Assembly (NCBI GenBank): GCA_030264375.1
Contig: JASCQW010000119.1
Span: 9,563,659-9,627,658 of the forward strand
Origin: Carcharhinus longimanus
Taxonomy: Eukaryota
DNA length: 64,000 nt
Direction of reading: 5' to 3'
Part shown: positions 52,801-64,000 of the stretch, in pieces
Position numbering within the stretch: position 1 is the stretch's first letter
Layout of the letters: each line of letters begins with the position of its first letter
Program-made: the position numbers and the translations under genes
Notes under the pieces: generated by a model
What the model was told of the DNA's origin: nothing
The model's database searches: none
What the model saw: the letters and a program-made list of their open reading frames with translations, nothing else

Positions 52801-55700
52801 TGGTGTTACATTCCTGTTTTAATGTATTACTGTGGGATCTGCTCACCACACCGTCAGGAAAGGAAAAGCAATTAATCCACGTTTTTTTTTACTCCTCAGG
52901 TTTCCAGCTCACATTTTGATTTTGCACAATTAGAATTTCCGAAGCTTTGATCCAGCTGTATCATTTCCAAGAAAAAAAACTATATATCTGGCAGGTTTTC
53001 CGTCACTCCCACGATCAATTCCAAACACTGGATTGGATTTTCCAGCCTGATTTTGCACAAGGGAACACTGCTCCTCTTTTTGCTATTCGGAAATTGACCA
53101 CTCACTCGGCAATATTTCAAAAGGAGGGCATTTTATTTTTTTCATTATTTACTATTGAACCAAATTATCTCAATATTTTAATTTTCTTTGTTCTCATCCT
53201 GTTGTACCTGAGTAATCTTCAACCACACAATTGAATTCAAAGACGGGTCATTACATTATGAACCAGCCTGTCTCTGGGCTGTCCACGTTCAATCAGCTCA
53301 TCGACGCCTTTCGTTTTTTTTTTAATCAATGCCTGATCTATTTCCTCTGGTCGAATCTAGTTCACCACATTATTTTTTGTTTTTCTCTTTGCCTTCCCTA
53401 AGGTGCCAACACTCTGGGGCTGCACTGTGGCGCAGTGGTTCGCACTGCTACCCCAAAGCGCCATGGAACCGTTTTCGATTTGCTGCTTGGGTAACCGTCT
53501 ACGTGCAATTTTCACCTTCTCCTGGTGCCTGTGTTGGTTTCCTCCTGTTTTTCTGTGTACTCCCACAGTCCACATATGTGCGGGTTAGGTGGATTGGCGA
53601 TACAAAAAGTGTGTTGTGGTATCAATGGATGTGCAGGGAATATGCAAAGTGATGTGGGGATAAGGCATGGTGGAGTTCTGTTCAGTGCAGACTCGAGGGT
53701 CGGAGTGGCCTCCTACTGCAATTTAGGATTCCGTAAACCTTTGTGTTTGTCCCTACTAAATACAATGAAAATATTTGAGGTCTTTCATCTCTTTGGCAAA
53801 CTCTTGAGTGCATTTATTCATTCGTGGTAAACTGCTCCCAGTGTGGGCCACATTTTCTTTCTTATCATTGAAGGAACTCTCTTTTTCTTCTCAATATCTA
53901 TCCAGCACGGACTCAAGTTGTTGCCAGCAACCAAATTTGAATTTGTGCACTAATGCATAGCCATCCAACATCTCTGCAGGCCTTGTCGCTCTGTTATCTT
54001 TCTAATACTCAACATGAGTTTTTATCATTGCCGGAGGTTAGTTTTTAAACTCCCCCAGCAGTGTCCTATCACCACGGTTTGCATATGGCTTTTCCATGTT
54101 CAATGCTCTAACACATCCATTGAAGTCGTACTACTTAATTATTTCAACCTCGATATAGGACTGACCTAGTTATTTCCTTAGACTTCGGAATCGTTTTATA
54201 TATGCTTCTGGTAGTAATTGCTAAGTACTAAAAAAAAGCATCCCTTCTTCATATCTTTCTGTCATCTCCCAAAGAAAAACATAGCCTTTAGCAATGCCTA
54301 ACAACACGGCCTGAATTAACATTACCCATACCTGTTGTGGTCAGTTCATCTGTGTAGCCAATTCATTTCTCAATAGAGATGAAAAACACGTCTGCATCTT
54401 TCTCATCAAATTTTAGACATGTTTGGACATAGTTGTATATATCCTTGCCAGGCGGGTGCAAGGGTGTCACTGCTGATTATCAGTTCAATGTGGTACTCTT
54501 CCTTCTGTCATTTGAAATCTTCTTGATTCAGCATCCAAATTGAGATTTCTCTAAAACAAGCCACCTTTACTTTCCCCCTTTTTCTTCGGCGAGAACCTCT
54601 CTCTTTCTCTCCCTCTATCTCTCTCCATCTCTCTCTGTCTCTCTCTGTTTATTTCGCTTTTGCATTTTTCTATTTCTTTTTTCCCCTTTTTCCAAGCTTC
54701 TGAACCCGTAATTCTAAGTTCACTTCCTAATCAACTGTCTCGGTTGCAATTTATGTTTTTATTTCGAATTCCACCGCACCAGACTGATGATCGGATATAT
54801 TCAAATGCTTGGCTAACTCCTTTGCTATTTGACATACCTTATTGCCTATGCATAAATTCAAGTAGCCTGTTTGCTACTTCTACGTTTGCCACCTTTGTCT
54901 CTTTCTCTGAAGTTTGTGTATGTTGGCAAGTATCTTCAGCACAAAAATCTCTTTACCATTGCTAATAGACATGTGATCACTTTTACTTTTTAAACCCCAG
55001 GAATGTTGAGATCCCAGACCCGAGTCCACAGCACTTTACGATGAGTAGGTTGTTCCCCTTGAAGACATTCTGACGAAACCCCCAAAGATAATAACTTTGC
55101 CACATAATCTGTTCAAAGAAAGTGGGGAAGTGAACTGGCCTCCCGTAACGATTTATGATTAACAACAAGACATCTATGATTCTCGCTAGTTTTTCTTTTC
55201 CTTACATAACATGCAACTTTAATTAAACAAGTAACATACCAAATAAAGTAAGATTCTCCTGGAACCGTTGTTCAACTAAATATAATAATCATTCATTAAC
55301 TAAAAAAAAAAATGGAATTCCACCACTGTCAAAAAATAGAACTAGGCTTGATGTCTTTTGAAATCTTTAGGCGTTCTTTTGCATACTCCCTCTGTTTGTG
55401 ATCTCTTTCTGATTTGATTAATTTTGGTCTTTTGCTGGTGTGTTCTCGTGAGACATGCAGACAGCTGAAAGGGTGGAGAGCTGTCGACTTCCTCTTGACC
55501 TGCGAGGTGGGGTTTGCTGACCCGTGAGCTCCGCTTGCAATCTCGTTTACCTCCGTGGTTACCTATATATTTTTTTCTCGACAACAGAATAGTTCTTTTT
55601 TTTTTCTCCCCAACATTATCAAATTCAAATTCTATCGGCTCTTGCCTGTCGGGTGCTTTCTTTAATTGATTAGGAAAAACCGAACATTCAAATGCCTGAA
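49900..55700 (-). mobile_element. Degraded Gmr1-type Gypsy retrotransposon (gag-PR-IN-RT-RH) with 5' LTR remnant ~55004-55700
   Basis: gag KFDEKDADVFFISIEK (~54370-54415); IN RIPAFEEL (~52280) and YHSDWQGALERWHQT (~51970-52015); RT VGQVTYITMLGLPHGY (~50955-51005), downstream of IN. Confidence 0.85.
53416..53736 (+). mobile_element. HE1-type V-SINE inserted in the Gypsy element
   Basis: GTGGCGCAGTGGTT A-box head, V core, GGTTAGGTGGATTGGC, HER1-like tail. Confidence 0.85.
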
Positions 55701-55849
55701 ACATTTTACAATGGCAAAACCGTTTTCTGGTCTTGGATTCGGATATAAATGATTCAGTTTGGACCTCTGTAAGTACTTAGTAATTTAAGTCTCTAAGCAC
55801 TGAAACCAAAAACTTTTTTTTTTTAAAAGTGACCACATAATGTTTTGCC

Positions 55850-56450
55850 ATCATTTTTTAAAATTCTTTCAGACCTTATAAACTCAACAATCAAACATTG
55901 GCAAGTTGTCGTCTTGGGAACCAAACTGATATGAGGTTGAGTTGGAATTTGGAACTCATCGTGCAGCATTGGAGAATGAATGAGCTCTAATTGTCCTCTA
56001 AATTTTGCTTCCGTGGCATGTGATTCACCCCATTCCCAATAAATATGTTCGGACATTGTTTCCTTGTTGTTGAACTCAAAATGTGCTGCTGTGCGATTTT
56101 TTTCAGAAACACCACTGAACCATTTCTTACTTACGTTCTGGTCACTACCATCAAAATCTGTATTCGAATGTGTAAATCCCCTCTTCGTAGCGACTTTATT
56201 TTCTTGCGGACTATGCACAATTTATGCCTCCATGTCCTGAACAGTACTTGAATTAATAAGGCTATTGTTTGTGGCATAGCTTTTTTTTTCCCTGTGTACT
56301 TGCCAATTATGTTGCCTCCATGAATCAGCTGTTAGAGCTTTTTCCCAGTAATGACATATTGTCTGCAAGTTAAACCCTCATCCTCCCTGTTTTCATAATA
56401 GACAATGGGTCGCGAATAGATTGCATCCACTTGCATCTTATACTCCTTCC
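55850..56450 (-). mobile_element. Possible old CR1 endonuclease region
   Basis: Weak similarity to the ITETWL..LNI.GY region of CR1 APE. Confidence 0.35.
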
Positions 56451-56802
56451 ACACCTCCTGCGAAAGAGTCATTAATCTCTAGCACTGTGCAATTCTGCGG
56501 TCAGCCGATGATTTGTATGTTTGTTTTAATTAGCGCACGATGGCTTAAATTTCAAATGTCCTTATGAATGTGCCTGCTGTTATCATATGGTAATTGTTTA
56601 TTCTGTTGTTTTTACCAAACCAGCTTTGTTCTTCCCCACTAACACTGCCAGATAACACAGTCCGTAATTTGTTCCAAGGACGTTTAGATTGAATTGCAAA
56701 CGTCAGATTGACCATTTTTAACGTGTTGCTTAAAATATATTTTAAAATGGCATGAGAGCATCGCTGTCTTTCAAATGGCAACCACATAGATGTACATATC
56801 TT

Positions 56803-58958
56803 TAAGGTTAACGGGTCCCTCAATTTGGAAGAGGAGCACTGCAGGGTTGTCCCTTGTCCAGCCAAATGTATTCTGTATGCATGGAACAATTCCTGCACTT
56901 CTTGCCGAGGAGGTTGTCCGGTTTGTCCCTGCGCGTCCTGGACAAAGAGGTGCAGTTGTCCGCTTACGCCGATGACGTGTTCCTCATGTTCACGGATGTG
57001 ACTTACCTGCGGAGGATGCGAGAATGCTAGGAGGTGTACTTCACGGCATCCTCTGCCAGGATCAACTGGGCCCAGTGTTCCGGACTCCGGGTCGGTCCGT
57101 GGGAGATGGACCACCTTCTGGAGGACCTCAGGCCTTTCTCGTGGAGCAGGAACAACCTCCTCAAGCGGGGGGTCCTTCTCTGCCCGGCGGAGGAATTCTA
57201 ACCAGAGAACTGGCGGGAGCTGGAGGCCAAAGACATGGCTGCCTGAGTAGCTGGACATGACTGCTCTGAGTGCTGTCCTACAGGGCAAAAATTATCATCA
57301 TAAACCAGCTGGTTGTTCCCATGCTGTGATACTTGCTGGTCGCTACGACTTGTCCCCCTGGCTTTGTCGCTAATTTTCAAATAAATATTCGTGTTGTTCT
57401 TCTGGGACAACCAACTGCACTGGGTCTCTGCCGAGGTTCTGCTTCTCCAGCTTGTGGACAGCTGTCAAGGTCTCCTGTGCCTTGTCAGACAGGTATTGAC
57501 CTTCCACCTCCAGACACTGTAGAGATTTATTTACATGGAGCCTCTTCTACGATAGCATGCCCTGGCAACATATTTCTTCCGCCAGTTGCACGGCCTCAAT
57601 TACAACGGACAGTTCCGCATATCATACTGAGGCTCATTCCAACCTCCTTTTGGGATTTGTTCGTCTTTAAGCAGGAACTCCTCACTTTCTGGAAACCCAT
57701 TCACATAACGAAGCAGCTCACCCCCATCAGGAGTAGCAGCTCTCGTGCGAGAGTGGCTGCTCAGAAATCTGCAGCTCCAGCCGCACAAACTCAGATGGCT
57801 GGCCGAGAGGAGGGCCATGCACACCAGGGTGACCAGGATCGGGGACGTGCTGGATGGCGGAGGAGCGGATGGCTGAGCCCCCACGTGCTGGCTGAGCGCT
57901 CAGTGGTGGCCGTCTGGCGCGCGCACAAAGCCATTCAAGACCTTGGGATGGTTATGCTCTGCCCCGAGTGTGCACACAGTCTCAATTTAGCACAAACGTG
58001 CAGTGGGATCCTGCCCGAGGGTTCCCCTACTCGGACGGAATTCACATTGGTCCAAAGCCCAGACATCCCCCTCCTCCTCCCCGCCCCCCACCCGCCGAGT
58101 CAGGTGCCCCACTGCATGTGCGGCCTCGCGGAATTGACCTCCTGTACCGTTTTCCATCGCACGGAGGCGTTTTCTACACGGGCTGATGCCGCACACCTTT
58201 CACTACCACGTGCTCACCTGTCGCCCAAAAACACATTGGCGGGCCTTGATGACACCTGCCAGCGGACGTCCCCAGTGAAGGGCCCTCTACAGGGGATTGT
58301 CCTCCAATTAGCTTGCAGACATGTGGTAGGATGGTGGGGTTGGGGGGGGGGCGCGGTTGGTGCTACATGCAGTGGTGCCGTACGACCGTAGGTTTTCCCG
58401 GTTCGCTGTGTCCCAAGACTGTCCCTTCTGTGGCCTTGAGAAGCCCGTGGACCATGCCTACTTTCTGTGTTATAGATCGCACACCTATTTTTTTGGTTTC
58501 CTTAAACTTCTATTACTAATGTTTGTTTGCCTTTCAGTCCCACGCTCCGAATCTATGGGCACCTGGTGCGGAGACGGGCGAGTCGGGATGACGACCTCCT
58601 CGTGCAGCTGTCATTGGGCCTGGCGAGGCACGCTATTAATAGGCCCAGGCAGCGGGAGATCGATGGGGCCATCCATCCTGACTGTCTGCCCCTCTACCGT
58701 GGCTACATTCGCGGCCAGGTATCCCTGGAGAAGGAGCATGCGGTGTCCACGAGCGCAGTTGACGCATTCCGCGCCCACTGGGCTCTGCAGGTACTGGGGT
58801 GCATTGTACACCCCGACAATCACATTTTAATTTGATGTTTTAAGTTTCGTTTCGACTTTGTTTTTTGGTCGGGCTGTCCCCTTCCTTTTATGGAGCAGCC
58901 CCTTTTAATTTGTCACTCAATTAATTTGAGTGTATTTATTTGGTGGGTGTCAAAAGAG
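56803..58958 (+). mobile_element. 5'-truncated Tx1-clade (L1 group) LINE, frameshifted
   Basis: QGCPLS, YADD at 56965-56976, ASSARINWAQC, C-terminal CPFCGLEKPVDH knuckle, T-rich 3' UTR ending AAAAGAGA. Confidence 0.92.
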
Positions 58959-59984
58959 ATACCGCTGTACATAGTCACCACGTTAAGTGTCATGACATAC
59001 AAGCCGGATGTGGTATTACGCCAAGGATTATGTTTTACTCGTCACTGCCACTCTTTTTCATTTAATTGGAATTCCAACACTTGACATGGAAGGATTCGAA
59101 ACTGTGTGTTGCCCTTTATCCGAGATTAACTTCCCAAAGTGAGAACCATTACGTGAACAACCCAAATATACGACAAATCAATGTAAATCTCTTTGACATA
59201 ATTTGCTCATCCATTACTAATATGCCCAGGCCTTTCATTTCAATAACTTAAATTTGGGAGTACATCAGGCCGTCCATTGAGAGGCTACTTGTTAATTTTC
59301 CAAATATTATCAACTGTAGTGGTTGTGCAAGATCTTACCCCAATTACCAACTCCATTATTCATGAATGCCAGAGTGGTTCAGCAGTATTGGCAAACTGAT
59401 CCATTTTCGCTATCCAGGAGTACCATGTAGAGTCACTGAAATATCAGTACTAGGACTGATTATACCAACCTAGCCGCCTGAAATTTGACCCGCATTCTAA
59501 ATACCGAATACGTATTGGTCATTCTGTATTACTTTTTGTTTTGGAGCGTAACTCAAAAACCCAACTCCCCAACTCATCCACTAAAATGTACGTTGTATTA
59601 CTCACAGTGCACTCAGTTCGGATATGTCTGAACTCCCAAAGTGAGTGCTTCGTTGTTTAATTCATCAGTTTTTTTTTTAGAGTAGCGCGTGTGATGGGGC
59701 TTATGCCATTGTTGCCTTGTTCTGCTGGATAGCCCGTTTGTAACAGACTAATTATTTTTCTGCATAAAGTGCAGAATTGCCGCTCAAGTTATCCTGCTCG
59801 ACATGAACCTCTCTGAGGATATGTTGCAGTAAGGAGAGTCCCTCCTGCAACTGAGAACAGCAAATGCTCAGCAGTTTGTTTTACCGTACAACTGTTGATC
59901 CAGGAAACAATGTGTGTACCAATGCAAATGTGGAAAATTTTCACAACCTCCTTTTCTAAGGAACACAATTTTTTTTTGTAACTT

Positions 59985-60195
59985 GCACACATGCAAAAGT
60001 GCACACAGACACACACACATAGACACAAAGAGACACAAATAGCCACATGCACAAATACACAGGAGAACGCGAAGCACACACGGACACAAACAGAAACACA
60101 TGCACACATACACATAGACATGCAAAACCAGGTGCGCGCGCACAAACAAATCACACACACACATACGCGCGCGCACACAAACATTCACATACACT
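59985..60195. repeat. Degenerate (AC)n low-complexity tract
   Basis: Directly visible. Confidence 0.9.
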
Positions 60196-61099
60196 TAAGA
60201 ATAAGTATAAATAGATGTTTAATCAACCACTGGCTCAAGCATGTGCGTGGTCTCCAAAAAGCACATTCAAGCGATCATGAACTCATGCGTACACTCAGTG
60301 AGGCAAACACTGAAAAGATAATGCAATATGAAGCATATTGAACGGATTGCATGCTCAATAACACAGACTTTCACATTTTCATGCTGTGTTTTAGTTCCAT
60401 ACATCCTGTCAGCGCCCTAATACTTCACGTTCCTCCTGAATAATTTCCTCGCCAGGCGGTTACATTGATCACTTCACTCACACGTGTTCAGTCAATCAGC
60501 CATACAGAATTATCTCCTTTTACCATGATCAAGAATCAAATGTTCTTGTTATTAAGTGCAGAGAACTGTGAATCGCTCAAACTTAGTTTAGATCACGAAT
60601 AATGAACCTGAACATGAATTAATGCATTTAAAACTGAACCGATGAAGGAAAGATTCTGATTGCAGCGATTATTTTTTCCCTAACCAGTGTCTCAATTCAT
60701 CGGAATTAATCGCTGAATGGAAAAAAATGCAAAAGAAATAACATGTCAATCTTCTGCGAACGAGAAAGACAATCTTTGTTTTCTTTTTGGTAAGTACCTT
60801 TTGATCTTAACTCTTCTTTCAGATTTTTCAGCTCTGAAACATGGGCCATAAAATTCTTTCTTTTTTTTCGATTGTATTAATCCGATATCTACGTTGTCAT
60901 GTGTGTAAAATACACGGCTGTTAATCATCACTATTCCCAATAGTTTTCTACAGGGTTAGGTTGCGTACACAAATTATGAAATATGTTGTCTTAAAATTAA
61001 TATTCTCTTCAACAAATTAAGCGGAAAAATGAAGAAACATTTTAGCATCGCGCATAAACTTCAACTGAATAGTCAGACGATAATTTGTACCTGAACGAA

Positions 61100-62800
61100 A
61101 AACTCAATGCAAAGTTATAATGCAATGCCAGATGCTGATTTCGACGAGAGACGTGTATTGTTAAGTAGCTCACACAGGTCTCTCATTGAAGAAGTCATTC
61201 AGTGTAAAAATTCAAATTGAGGGCCAGAGTGTGTATGTATCGCTGAGAAATGCGAAGGATTTCCAGAAACAAGATTCTATTATTTTGCCAGAAGATCTAC
61301 CTAAAATTGATGACAGTTGAAAGGTGAACTTCATTTTTTTTTTCAGGCGAAGGAACGTACAAGAACGAGTATTCCTCGTTGCACAAACCAAGGAAATTAA
61401 TTCGGAGAGATGGAAACTGATTTGAAAGGTAAACATAGATGAGGACATGAACAGCACAACCTGCTCGCGAGTGTTCAGTGTGCGATGGTCAATCGGAACT
61501 AGATATATTAATTGGTGGAAATACACGTAGCTCGCATAATTATCTCAGTATGTAGTAATCATACTCTTTTTTACACGTGTGCTATGTGTTGAGAGTGGAT
61601 ACACTGAGATGATGTTAGTGGGAGCGTTAAACAAATTAAATGTTGAAATGTTGCCTTAAAATTTAACACATATTGTTGATAATTGAACAATAGACATTTA
61701 AGAGGTTTTTTTTGCAAGCTGTGTGAAGTTAAAGCAAAGGGAATTATTATTTCTCTCCTGATTAATTTGAATTCGATTACCTGGTGACTGCATCGGACGG
61801 TTATTCCAGACCTGTTATCATTTGTTTTGATTTTGTTCTGAACATCAGCACAAAATGTTCGTACTTCAATCTTTAAGATGTTTCATGCATTGAACTTGGT
61901 GAGAGCTTCATGCTAGCTCTCACAAGGCATTAGGCATAACTTGCAATAATGCAACGACAAATGTTTCCTGCGTGCCAGATACCCTGCTTTTTTTCAAAAC
62001 AAGCACGTGAGCAGGACTGTCTGTTGACAAACCACATGGCGAGATTAAGTATTCTTACCCCCATACGGTTTTTTGGGCCCCGGCTGCCTCGCGGAATTGT
62101 TCTCTGTAAAGGGAAAAACAACTGTCAGCACTCGTCAACAACACAACTGAACTTCCTTCATGTTACTGCAGAGAAGGATTCATTTGCTAACAGTGGTGAA
62201 TGTCGAGCATTATCCATTGTACTACATTGTTTGGAACTTGAGCGATAGAACGGCAGAGATGACTTCGAATTTGTGCCGTCAGTATTCTTAGCACATTGGT
62301 TCACTTAGAGAATGTTAACGGACAGAGCACAACGGCGCCCAGTATGGCTTACCCATCTGAAGATTGCATTTGCCACCCTTTCAGAGCTGCACATGTAATT
62401 TTGCAGCCGATCAGAGGCTAGCATGGGGAAAATGTCCAGATTTTGTTTTCGGTATGAAAGAAAAATTCTGCAAGATTCATTTACCATCCTCTTTCAAGAT
62501 ATTCTTTTTTGCTGCAATAAAACATCGATAAATTAGTGTCGTGATAGGTAAGTTATATCAGTTGCATTTTGCTTATCCTTTATTTTAATTTTAATATAAC
62601 AATTGAGTTAGAACGTGTGTTTTTCCTTTAAAAACTCATCTTTTAGAAAGCATCATATAAGTTTCGGAAATCTGACAAAATGTCATGCAGTCTTCCATTT
62701 CTGGATTCGCGCAGAAGCACATCACCACTATGGGAATGTTTAAATCCATATCCTCCAGTTTCGCTTCATGATGACCGGCTCTTGATGAATTGTCCACCTG
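61100..62800 (-). pseudogene. SLC9C1: SLC9C1-like pseudogene copy F (NHE to cytoplasmic helix)
   Basis: KLEDMDLNIPIVVMCF (62715-62762) vs HLEDFPIPVPVILFL. FPMLASDRLQN vs DPMLTAAAIRD. TREQVVLF..KKKMKFTFQ vs EKSQILF..KYKSVCCTFQ. LCELLNNTRLSSKSAS (61130-61180) vs AMELANRRLLSAQIAS. Confidence 0.78.
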
Positions 62801-62997
62801 CTTTCCACATTCTGTATTTATGCAGGAGAAATACACTCCGACCCCTGGCGTTCACACATCATCCTTAACATTGATGCTAAAAGACTGCTTCTTTGACTAT
62901 ATATAAGTCACTAATTATTGCATATTTAGCTGATCGATAACTGCAAATGTTTGACGGCGATAGTTATTCGCAGACAAAAACCGATGATTTAATTGAC

Positions 62998-63268
62998 CGG
63001 CACACTGGCAGAGCAGTTAACACTGCTGTTTTACAGCGCCAGGGACCTGCATTCGATTCCCAGATTGGATCACTGTTTGTGTGGAATTTGCACATTATCC
63101 CCGGGTCTGTGTGCGTTCCCTCTGGGTGCTCCGGTATCCTCCCACAGTCGAAAAGATGTGCTGATTAGATGAATTGACCTGAACAGGTGTCTTACTGTGG
63201 CGACTAGGGGGATTTCGCAGGAACTTCATTGTTGTTAATGCAAACCTTACTTATAACTAATAAATAAT
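62998..63268 (+). mobile_element. V-SINE with a non-HER1 tail
   Basis: Head CAGCGCCAGGGACC..TTCGATTCC, V core; tail GTGGCGACTAGGGG..ACTAATAAATAA. Confidence 0.8.
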
Positions 63269-63459
63269 ATCCAAAATAACACAGGCCCAGCCGAATATAA
63301 CCGCAAACATTTGCGTATTTCCAAATGTTTCTTTATCTAAGTCATTGAACACGCATCATACAGCATATAAAGCTCCGTTGACTCAATTTGACACGACAGA
63401 TTGACTTAAAACTGTGTTTCCAGTCAATCTGCAGAAAATGCTGTAAAATTGTAGATTTC

Positions 63460-63630
63460 TAGAGGCAATGCTGGAGCAAAAATCAGAGTTAACATTTGGA
63501 GTCCGCATGAATTTGTCATATCGATTTTGTAGCATTCCAATCTGTTTCTACAGATGTTGACAGGCATGCTGCGAGTTTGCCAGCGTGGTCTGATTTGATT
63601 ACCGATTTCCAGTAGTTGAAAGGTTTTCTT
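63460..63630. mobile_element. Degraded Penelope-derived inverted-repeat (pLTR) relic
   Basis: CAGAGTTAACATTTGGAGTC..CTGTTTCTACAGATGTTG..GATTTCCAG resembles the shark Penelope terminal palindrome. Confidence 0.5.
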
Positions 63631-64000
63631 TGCACGAATCTAGCCTTCATTTAATATCAAGATGTCGGCTCGCAATTAACAATAGCCACACAGGGCGATG
63701 AAGAAGATCGACGTGTTGTGTGAACTGGCAGTGTATTTTTTTAAAAAAAATTTCCTAGAGGAACTGTAATCAGTTATAGAAAATCTAAGAGAATGACATC
63801 TCTGGGATGGCGCAGCACGTTGGGGGCAGTATGGGAGAGCAGGGAGGTTGTAGGTTGTGTATGCTTATCCAGAGCGATAAATTTCTCAAGCTATGAACAT
63901 ACGACCCCGTACAATTCAGAGTGACCTTAGGGTTGCATGTCAGCAGGTGCCCACGTCTTCAAAAAAAACGTTTGAGGAATGCAGCAGAAACACAATTTTT

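Larger units (their letters stand above)
56600..60850 (-). pseudogene. SLC9C1: SLC9C1-like pseudogene copy D (NHE domain), split by Tx1
   Basis: DNA alignable by eye to copy B 34260-35820: 56665-56800, 58990-59810 and 60370-60850 (e.g. TTCAAATGGCAAC, GCCTTGTTCTG, TTCATGCTGTGTTT). More diverged from B than copy A is. Confidence 0.72.

Noticed and set aside
53416-53500. tRNA-like A/B boxes
   Set aside because: These are SINE heads followed by the V core; no complete cloverleaf, so not tRNA genes.
55067-55084. tRNA-Pro-like primer binding site (TGGGGGTTTCGTCAGAAT on minus)
   Set aside because: Several mismatches, and it appears to lie inside the LTR rather than just after its CA end.
57333-58391. 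352-aa ORF, the longest in the window
   Set aside because: Lies inside the frameshifted Tx1 ORF2 and is only partly in the correct frame; not a host gene.
59789-60341. Cys/Val- and His/Thr-rich ORFs
   Set aside because: Translations of the (AC)n low-complexity tract.

Overview
Eukaryotic DNA, almost certainly from a cartilaginous fish (HE1/V-SINEs and HER1/CR1 LINE tails), from a gapped assembly whose ~100-N gaps mostly sit inside young CR1 copies. I find no intact protein-coding gene. Between the transposons, nearly all the 'unique' DNA is decayed, intron-poor coding sequence. It holds a tandem array of about 10 SLC9C1-like pseudogene copies (sperm voltage- and cAMP-gated Na+/H+ exchanger; NHE + voltage sensor + CNBD): three on + at 5-19 kb and seven on - at 27-63 kb. 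These converge on a central RGS22/RGSL1-like multi-RGS pseudogene and a CNG/KCNH-type channel pseudogene, and a TRIM-like pseudogene lies at the left edge. The repeats include CR1, an L2/CR1-group LINE, Tx1, Penelope, Gmr1-type Gypsy, a solo LTR and tRNA-derived SINEs. The AT-rich DNA looks undepleted for CpG. Protein assignments come from hand translation across stops and frameshifts, compared with human and sea-urchin sequences recalled from memory. No database search was run, and boundaries are approximate.
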